Shown piece after piece: positions 57,966-64,000 of a stretch of DNA of 64,000 bases. The DNA comes from Longimicrobiales bacterium (lineage in GTDB: Bacteria > Gemmatimonadota > Gemmatimonadetes > Longimicrobiales > Gaopeijiaceae). The stretch lies in assembly GCA_965203485.1 (NCBI GenBank), contig OZ241892.1, positions 1,696,001-1,760,000 of the forward strand, read 5' to 3'. The notes under the pieces are model-generated. The model did no database searches. It was not told where the DNA came from and worked only from the letters and a program-made list of their open reading frames with translations. Each line of letters begins with the position of its first letter. Positions within the stretch are counted from its first letter, which is position 1. The position numbers were made by a program, and so were the translations under genes.

Positions 57966-58625
57966 TCATCCGAAGGGAACGCGCAGGCCCACGGCGAGCC
58001 CGCCGCCGGGCGCCGGTTCCACGAGCGGTTCGGGATAGTCCCGAAGGTGGGCCGAAACGAACGCGTCCACTCCGGAGACGAGCAATGTGAAGACGGCCAC
58101 GGCCAGCCAGTCCTCGCGCTGCTCCTCTCTCGCCGCGACGAGGCCGCGCGTGCGCGCGATGTCCTCGTTGGCCTCCAGGGCGGCCGCGACTTCGCCGGGA
58201 TCGGAGACCCCCGACGCTTCGAGGCGCGCCGTCGCCGCGCGCTCGGACACCGCCAAGGCGCGCCGCGCCGACCCCAGTCGGCGGATCGTTTTGAAGAGCA
58301 TCCACCCGGACAACGACTCGACGGCGAAATAGAAGGCGCCGCGCGCGTGCGCACCCGATACCGTGTGCCCCCAGCCGGGGACGAGCGTCCCGCGCAGGAA
58401 GGCCCCGGCCGGGCTCGGGCGTCCCGCCGTCGAATCGGGCGCCGTTTCCCCGGGGAGGGGCGGTTCCGTCGCGTCCTGGGCCCCGGCCGGGCTCGCAAGT
58501 CCGGCCGCCGCAAGCGCCGCCACGAGCACGTACAGCCCGCCACGGCCGCAAGCCGCGGCGGAGGCGCCCACCGCCACGGCAGACCAGTCGAGCCAGCGCC
58601 ACCGCCCTTCGCGCGACGGGGTCAA
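57966..58625 (-). CDS. Hypothetical membrane protein (DUF5683-like)
   Basis: LVPGWGH, REDW, DAFVSAHL. Confidence 0.65.
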   Translation of the reverse strand: MTPSREGRWRWLDWSAVAVGASAAACGRGGLYVLVAALAAAGLASPAGAQDATEPPLPGETAPDSTAGRPSPAGAFLRGTLVPGWGHTVSGAHARGAFYFAVESLSGWMLFKTIRRLGSARRALAVSERAATARLEASGVSDPGEVAAALEANEDIARTRGLVAAREEQREDWLAVAVFTLLVSGVDAFVSAHLRDYPEPLVEPAPGGGLAVGLRVPFG

Positions 58626-59554
58626 GCTCCTTCCCTTCCGGGCATCAGCACGCCGAGTGCCCTCGGAACGACTTCAACGCGAAGCTCCGGCAAGGGCTCG
58701 GGCAAGAGTTCTCCGTCAACTTCGAACCAGATCGCCTCCTCGCCGGCGGCCTTGACCGTGGCCCGCTCCAAGCGGCGCATCGTCACGTGCTTGGACCGGC
58801 CATGCGTCCCCCTCACCGCCTTCAGGGCCAGCGGCGCCACCTGGAGGAGCCCGAGGGCCGGAACGTGACAGAGATCGAGCCGTCCGTCCGCCGGCTCCGC
58901 CGCTGGACTAATCATAAAACCGCCGCCGATCGTCCGGCCGCACGTGAACGCCGCGATGGTGACGGCTCCCGAGATCGCCTCGCCGCCCAACTCGATCTTC
59001 GCGCTCGGCGGACGGTAGCGGACTACCGCGGTCGCGAACGCGGCCATGTACTGCGCCAAGCCGCTGATGCGCGAGAACCGGGCCCGGCGCCGCAGCACCT
59101 CCACGTCCACGCCGAACCCCAGCAGATTGACGAAGAAGCGCTGGCCGCCCGCCCACGTCGCCCGGCCCGCGTCCAGCCGAACGACCGCCCCGCGCGCCGC
59201 CCGCCGGGCCGACTCCGCGGCGTCGCGAGACGACCGGGCGGTGCGCGCGAAGTCGTTGCCGGTTCCGACGGGATGAACCGCGAGCGCGGGCGTCCCCGCG
59301 CCCACAGCCTGCCGCAGAAGGCCGTTCGCGACCTCGTGCACGGTGCCGTCGCCGCCCACGACGAGGATCCGGGCCGCGCCCTGGCGCGCCAGCCGGGCCG
59401 CGATGGCCGACGCGTCGCCCGGACCTTGCGTCCGAAACACTTCCCGCTGCGCGCCGATCTCGCCGAGGGCCCGCGAGACCTCGTCCGCCGCCCGCCCGCC
59501 CCGCCCGCGGCCCGCAACCGGGTTGACGACTACGTGGACCGTGGGACGGCTCAC
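58622..59554 (-). CDS. Diacylglycerol/lipid kinase family protein (YegS/DgkB-like)
   Basis: VVNPVAGRG, GGDGTVHEVANG, PVGTGNDFAR, DGRLD, VDGE. Confidence 0.9.
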   Translation of the reverse strand: MSRPTVHVVVNPVAGRGRGGRAADEVSRALGEIGAQREVFRTQGPGDASAIAARLARQGAARILVVGGDGTVHEVANGLLRQAVGAGTPALAVHPVGTGNDFARTARSSRDAAESARRAARGAVVRLDAGRATWAGGQRFFVNLLGFGVDVEVLRRRARFSRISGLAQYMAAFATAVVRYRPPSAKIELGGEAISGAVTIAAFTCGRTIGGGFMISPAAEPADGRLDLCHVPALGLLQVAPLALKAVRGTHGRSKHVTMRRLERATVKAAGEEAIWFEVDGELLPEPLPELRVEVVPRALGVLMPGREGA

Positions 59555-59560
59555 GTCGGC

Positions 59561-59657
59561 TGGCGGGGGCGTGTGGGAATCGAACCCACCCACCCGGGTC
59601 TTAGCCAGGCGCACTGGTTTTGAAGACCAGACGGAACACCAGTCCCGATCCGCCCCC
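59561..59657 (-). tRNA. selC: tRNA-Sec (UCA)
   Basis: 97 nt; 6-bp D stem CGGGAC/GTTCCG, anticodon arm CTGGT-CTTCAAA-ACCAG, long variable arm, GTGGG-TTCGATT-CCCAC, discriminator G plus CCA. Confidence 0.93.
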
Positions 59658-59732
59658 GCATCGCCGACATGCCGCTTCGGCGCACAAGAGAACCCGGCCG
59701 GCCGCCGGTCCGCCACCCGGCCGCGGCGCCGC

Positions 59733-61181
59733 TCATTCGCCGGCCGCCTCGCCCGATCCGGCACCGGCCGCTTCCGACGACTGGCGCCGCCGCCACCGTT
59801 CCTCCATCCGCCTGAAGGCGACCGCGAGTTCGGACCGCAAGCGCGCGAAGCGACGCCGCACCTCGGGCCGTCCCTGAAGACGGAGGAACAGCGCGACGTC
59901 CTCCCGCACCTCTTCGGCCAGCTCGATCCACCGCAACGCGGCGTAGCCGCAGGCGGGCGCCAGCGCCGCCATCGCGGCAGCCGCCCACCAGCCGGACCAC
60001 GCGTACGCGCCGACCGTCCACGCCACCCAAGCGAAGATCGCACCAAGGAAAAGGGTGATCAGCTTGATCGTGGCCCGCACCTCGAATTCCGGCCCGAGGA
60101 GCCTCAGTGCCAGCGGCGGCAAACCCGCCACCGCCCCCCACAGCGCCGTTCCGGCCAGCGCCGCCGGCAACCCCGCCAGCAACAGCGAACCGCGCACGAG
60201 AATGTAGCGGGCGACCGGCTTCACGCCGTACTTCGCAGGCACGTCGCCCGCGCCCGCCCTCACGAAAGAATGGAGCGCGGCGTAACCCTCGACCTTCGCG
60301 ACGAGCGCCTGATGCTCCTCCGGAGCGTGGCGCCTTGTCCACTCCAACCCCGCCGCAAACCGCTGCAGACGGGGAAAGCGCGCGCCCAGCCGCTCCCGGG
60401 TGCGCCAGGGCACCCACCGCGACTCGCGCACAAACATTTGTTCCGCCATCTCGACCAAGGCCCGGTCGCCGGGATGCACGAAGTTCAGCGTCTGCTCGCG
60501 AATGCCGGCCTCGATCCTCCGCGTCAGCATTCGCACCGCCATCACCGGGTCGTGCTCGTGCGCCTGCCGGAGGTCCGCGCAAGAGAACGGCGCACCGAAC
60601 CGCACCGCGACGCTCGTGCGCGCCCTCTCCTTCTTGGAGTACGTGATGCCGACCGGCACGATCGACAGCCCAAGCCGCCACCCCGCCGCCGCCTCGGCCT
60701 GAAACGCAATGCGGGCGGCGCCGGTGCGCAGTTCGGCGACCTGCGACTCGGAGTGGCTGCGCCCCTCGGGATAGATCTGGATCGCCCCGCCGGCGACGAG
60801 CACGCGGACGGCCTCGCGAAACGTTTCCTCGTTGCGGTGCATGGCGTCGGGGTCGTCTTGGCGCCGGTGCACGGGAATCCCGCCCAGGGCTCTGAGCAGG
60901 GGACCAAGCAGAAGCTGGTCGAAGAGGGGGGCGCGGCCCAGCGGCCGGGTCATGCGCTCGCTGCAGCGGAACACCAGCAGCGGGTCGAGCAAGCTGTTGG
61001 GGTGATTGACGGCGAGCATGACGGGACCGGCCGGCACCGGGGGACCGTGGCGGTCCACCCTGTAGTAGACGGCCGCCGCACCGCCGACGACGCGGCTCAG
61101 CAGGCGCGGGATACGGTTGCGGGTTCCAGGCAGTTCGCGGGCATCCTGTAAAGTGAGGGGCGACGGGTTATCTTCGCCCAC
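59733..61181 (-). CDS. PlsC-family acyltransferase with C-terminal TM region (start uncertain)
   Basis: NHPNSLLD (HX4D), YPEGRS, RTGAAR, IVPVG. Confidence 0.85.
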   Translation of the reverse strand: MGEDNPSPLTLQDARELPGTRNRIPRLLSRVVGGAAAVYYRVDRHGPPVPAGPVMLAVNHPNSLLDPLLVFRCSERMTRPLGRAPLFDQLLLGPLLRALGGIPVHRRQDDPDAMHRNEETFREAVRVLVAGGAIQIYPEGRSHSESQVAELRTGAARIAFQAEAAAGWRLGLSIVPVGITYSKKERARTSVAVRFGAPFSCADLRQAHEHDPVMAVRMLTRRIEAGIREQTLNFVHPGDRALVEMAEQMFVRESRWVPWRTRERLGARFPRLQRFAAGLEWTRRHAPEEHQALVAKVEGYAALHSFVRAGAGDVPAKYGVKPVARYILVRGSLLLAGLPAALAGTALWGAVAGLPPLALRLLGPEFEVRATIKLITLFLGAIFAWVAWTVGAYAWSGWWAAAAMAALAPACGYAALRWIELAEEVREDVALFLRLQGRPEVRRRFARLRSELAVAFRRMEERWRRRQSSEAAGAGSGEAAGE

Positions 61182-61217
61182 GAGCGAGCAACTCCGCCAC
61201 CTGAAGGGACGGCCAAC

Positions 61218-62267
61218 TTGCGCGCCACCCGCCCATCACCGACAGCCGGCGCCGCACCGGAGGTCGTCGCAACGGCAGGACTGCCCGCCGACGGCCGCGA
61301 CCGCAGTGCGGCCGCCCCCGAAGCGCGCAACCCCGGCATCCCGCTGGATTGCGACTGGGTGCGCCGGGTCCGCGTCAACCGCAGCGCCGCCGAACGCCGC
61401 GCCGCTTCGCTCGTGCGCCGCCGGTCGGTCAAGGCCGAGCAGCAAGCGGGGTGGCTGCTCCGGGCGGTCACCATGATCGACCTCACTACGCTGGCCGGCG
61501 ACGACACCCCGGGACGCGTGCGCCGACTGTGCGGCAAGGCCCGCCGCCCGGTGCGCGCCGACGTGCTGGAGGCGCTCGGCGTTCCGCCCGACGAGGTGGC
61601 CGCCGCGGCCGCGTGCGTCCATCCGACGATGACGCCCACGGCCCGCGAAGCTCTCGGCGGCAGTCCCGTTCGCGTCGCCGCCGTCGCCGCCGGCTTCCCT
61701 TCCGGCCTGTCGCCGTTCGGCGTACGCGTCGAGGAGGTGCGGGCCGTGGTGGACGCCGGCGCGCAGGAAGTGGACATCGTGATTGCGCGCGGCGCGGCCC
61801 TGGCGGGCGACTGGGACCGGCTGTGGCGCGAGATCGCGGCGTTTCGCGACGCCTGCGGGCCGGCGCACTTGAAGGTGATCCTGGCCACCGGCGAACTCGG
61901 CACCCTGGCCAAGGCCGGGCAGGCCGCCCTCGTGGCGATGATGGCCGGCGCCGACTTCGTGAAGACGTCCACCGGGAAGGAGGCCGTCAACGCCACGTTG
62001 CCCGTGGGGCTGGTGATGGCGCGGGCCGTGCGCGAGTACTTCCGCGCCACGGGCCACCGCGTGGGCCTCAAGGCGGCGGGCGGCCTGCGCGCGGCTCGCG
62101 ACGCGCTCGCTTGGCTGGTTCTGGTCAAGGAGGAGCTCGGAGACGCCTGGATGGTCCCCCGCCTCTTCCGGCTCGGCGCCAGCACGCTCCTGGCCGACGT
62201 CGAGCGCCAGCTCGAGCATCACGCGACCGGACGCTACTCCGCCTTCCACAGGCACGCCGTCGGATAG
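61218..62267 (+). CDS. deoC: Deoxyribose-phosphate aldolase (long DERA type); start uncertain
   Basis: IDLTTLAGDDT, GFPSG, EVDIVI, LKVILATGEL, GADFVKTSTGK, KAAGG, RLGAS. Confidence 0.92.
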   Translation: MRATRPSPTAGAAPEVVATAGLPADGRDRSAAAPEARNPGIPLDCDWVRRVRVNRSAAERRAASLVRRRSVKAEQQAGWLLRAVTMIDLTTLAGDDTPGRVRRLCGKARRPVRADVLEALGVPPDEVAAAAACVHPTMTPTAREALGGSPVRVAAVAAGFPSGLSPFGVRVEEVRAVVDAGAQEVDIVIARGAALAGDWDRLWREIAAFRDACGPAHLKVILATGELGTLAKAGQAALVAMMAGADFVKTSTGKEAVNATLPVGLVMARAVREYFRATGHRVGLKAAGGLRAARDALAWLVLVKEELGDAWMVPRLFRLGASTLLADVERQLEHHATGRYSAFHRHAVG

Positions 62268-62278
62268 GGGACGACTCG

Positions 62279-64000
62279 ATGCCTGCTCCCAAGGCGCCGA
62301 CAACGCCGGTGCGCCGCGCCTTCGACGAAGCCGCCTACGGCCCCGCGCCCGAGAACAGCGACTTCGCCCTCGGGTGGCTGGACAAGCACGGGCGCGTCTT
62401 CGCCCACTTCGTGGGTGGCGAATGGTCGCCGGGCGACGGCCCGCTCCTGGAGACCCGCTGCCCGGCGGACGGGGCTTCGCTCGCCCAGTTCCGCAACGGC
62501 ACGCCCCAGGACGTGGACGCCGCGGTGGCCGCAGCCTCCCAAGCGCTCCCGGCCTGGCGCGGCGCGGGCCCTTCCGCGCGCGCCCGCCACTTGTACCGGC
62601 TGGCCCGCCAGTTGCAGAAGCGGCAACGCCATTTCGCGGTGCTCGAGGCGCTCGACAACGGGAAGCCGATCCGCGAGTCGCGCGACATCGACGTGCCGCT
62701 GGCCGCCCGGCACTTCTACCATCACGCGGGCTGGGCACAGCTGCTCGAAGACGAATTCCCCGGCTACCGGGGCGTGGGCGTGGCCGGCCAGATCATCCCG
62801 TGGAACTTTCCGCTCCTCATGCTGGCCTGGAAGGTGGCGCCCGCGCTGGCCGCCGGTTGCACGGTGGTACTCAAGCCGGCCGAGCACACGCCGCTGACGG
62901 CGCTGCTCTTCGCCGAGCTCGCGGCCGACTCGGGGTTGCCGCCCGGGGTCTTCAACGTCGTCACGGGAGACGGAGCCACGGGCGCCTCGCTGGTGCGGCA
63001 TTCCGGCGTGGACAAGATCGCGTTCACCGGCTCGACCGAGGTGGGGCGCGAGATCCGCGTGGCCACCGCCGGCACCGGCAAGAAGCTCTCGCTGGAGCTG
63101 GGCGGCAAGTCGCCGTTCGTCGTCTTCGAGAACGCCGACCTGGACGCGGCCGCCGAAGGCGTCGTGGACTCCGTCTGGTTCAACCAAGGCGAAGTCTGCT
63201 GCGCGGGCACGCGGTTGCTCGTGCAGGAGAGCGTCGAGGAGGAACTGGTGGAGCGCCTCGTCGCCAGGATGGAGACGATTCGGGTCGGACATCCGCTGGA
63301 CAAGTCCGTAGACATGGGCGCCATCGTGGACGGCTCGCAGGTCGAGCGCATCGAGCGCTACCTGGAGATCGGCCGCCGCGACGGTGCGAAGATACGGCAA
63401 CCTTCGACTCCGCTGCCCGACGGCGGATTCTTCGTGCCTCCGACGCTGTGCACCGGTGCGCCGCCGTCGAGCCCCATCGTCACGGACGAGATCTTCGGCC
63501 CCGTGGTGACTAGTCTGTCCTTCCGCACCCCCGCCGAGGCCGTGGAGCTGGCGAACGACACCCGCTACGGCTTGGCAGCCAGCGTATGGACGGAGGACGT
63601 GAACGTGGCGCTCGACGTCGCGCCGGCGATCAAGGCCGGCACCGTTTGGATCAACTGCACCAACGTGTTCGACGCGGCGTCGGGGTTCGGCGGCTACCGC
63701 GAGTCCGGCTTCGGACGCGAGGGCGGGCGAGAGGGGATGTGGGAGTACTTGGCGCGGGTCGCGGACTTGGATTCGGCGGAGCGCGCGCGGTCCGGCGGCG
63801 GCGGCGAGGGGGGCGACGCGGAAGCGGACGGCGGCCCCGGAGCCGGCGTGGACTCCAGGGGCCCAGGGCCGAGCGTGCCGGCGCTGCACGAGGCCACCGC
63901 GAACGGGGCGGCCTCGGCGGCGGCGGGGCGCGAAGAGATCGACCGCACAAGGAAGCTCTACGTCGGCGGCAAGCAGGCGCGTCCGGACGGCGGATACTCG
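62279..64000 (+). CDS. Aldehyde dehydrogenase, long ALDH16-type (partial, runs off the window; missing from the ORF track)
   Basis: ATG 62279; DNGKP, IIPWNFP, LKPAE, FTGST, LELGGKSP, NQGEVCCAG, EIFGPV, FGGYRESGFGREGG, then a second module KLYVGGKQARPDGGYS. Confidence 0.92.
   Translation, partial: MPAPKAPTTPVRRAFDEAAYGPAPENSDFALGWLDKHGRVFAHFVGGEWSPGDGPLLETRCPADGASLAQFRNGTPQDVDAAVAAASQALPAWRGAGPSARARHLYRLARQLQKRQRHFAVLEALDNGKPIRESRDIDVPLAARHFYHHAGWAQLLEDEFPGYRGVGVAGQIIPWNFPLLMLAWKVAPALAAGCTVVLKPAEHTPLTALLFAELAADSGLPPGVFNVVTGDGATGASLVRHSGVDKIAFTGSTEVGREIRVATAGTGKKLSLELGGKSPFVVFENADLDAAAEGVVDSVWFNQGEVCCAGTRLLVQESVEEELVERLVARMETIRVGHPLDKSVDMGAIVDGSQVERIERYLEIGRRDGAKIRQPSTPLPDGGFFVPPTLCTGAPPSSPIVTDEIFGPVVTSLSFRTPAEAVELANDTRYGLAASVWTEDVNVALDVAPAIKAGTVWINCTNVFDAASGFGGYRESGFGREGGREGMWEYLARVADLDSAERARSGGGGEGGDAEADGGPGAGVDSRGPGPSVPALHEATANGAASAAAGREEIDRTRKLYVGGKQARPDGGYS

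Overview
A very GC-rich, gene-dense 64 kb bacterial chromosomal segment, most likely from a Gemmatimonadota-type Gram-negative organism (inferred from gene content and order, not verified). Most long ORFs in the six-frame track are GC-driven shadows. About 60 real CDSs and two tRNAs (Pro-UGG, Sec-UCA) can be supported. Housekeeping blocks: comM, a three-gene pntAAB transhydrogenase, a giant NtrY-like kinase, a TolC/MFP/two-permease exporter followed by bshB1, an AtuA/carboxyltransferase/B12-binding acyl-CoA cluster, murB, MATE, an MrpA-less Mrp antiporter operon, lptE/lpxH lipid genes, and deoC with an ALDH16-type dehydrogenase. The most notable part is a ~17 kb nitrogen block (27182-44526) abutting the 3' end of tRNA-Pro. 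It holds a periplasmic-binding protein, a histidine kinase and a REC-PP2C phosphatase, divergent from glnA-glnE-rsbW-like-rsbV-like; then a porin, amtB, a circularly permuted ATP-grasp/alpha-E/transglutaminase triad and a second beta-barrel. The block has no PII (glnB/K), NtrC or sigma factor gene, which suggests an RsbU/V/W-type partner switch wired to glutamine synthetase. No CRISPR array, integrase or transposase was seen.
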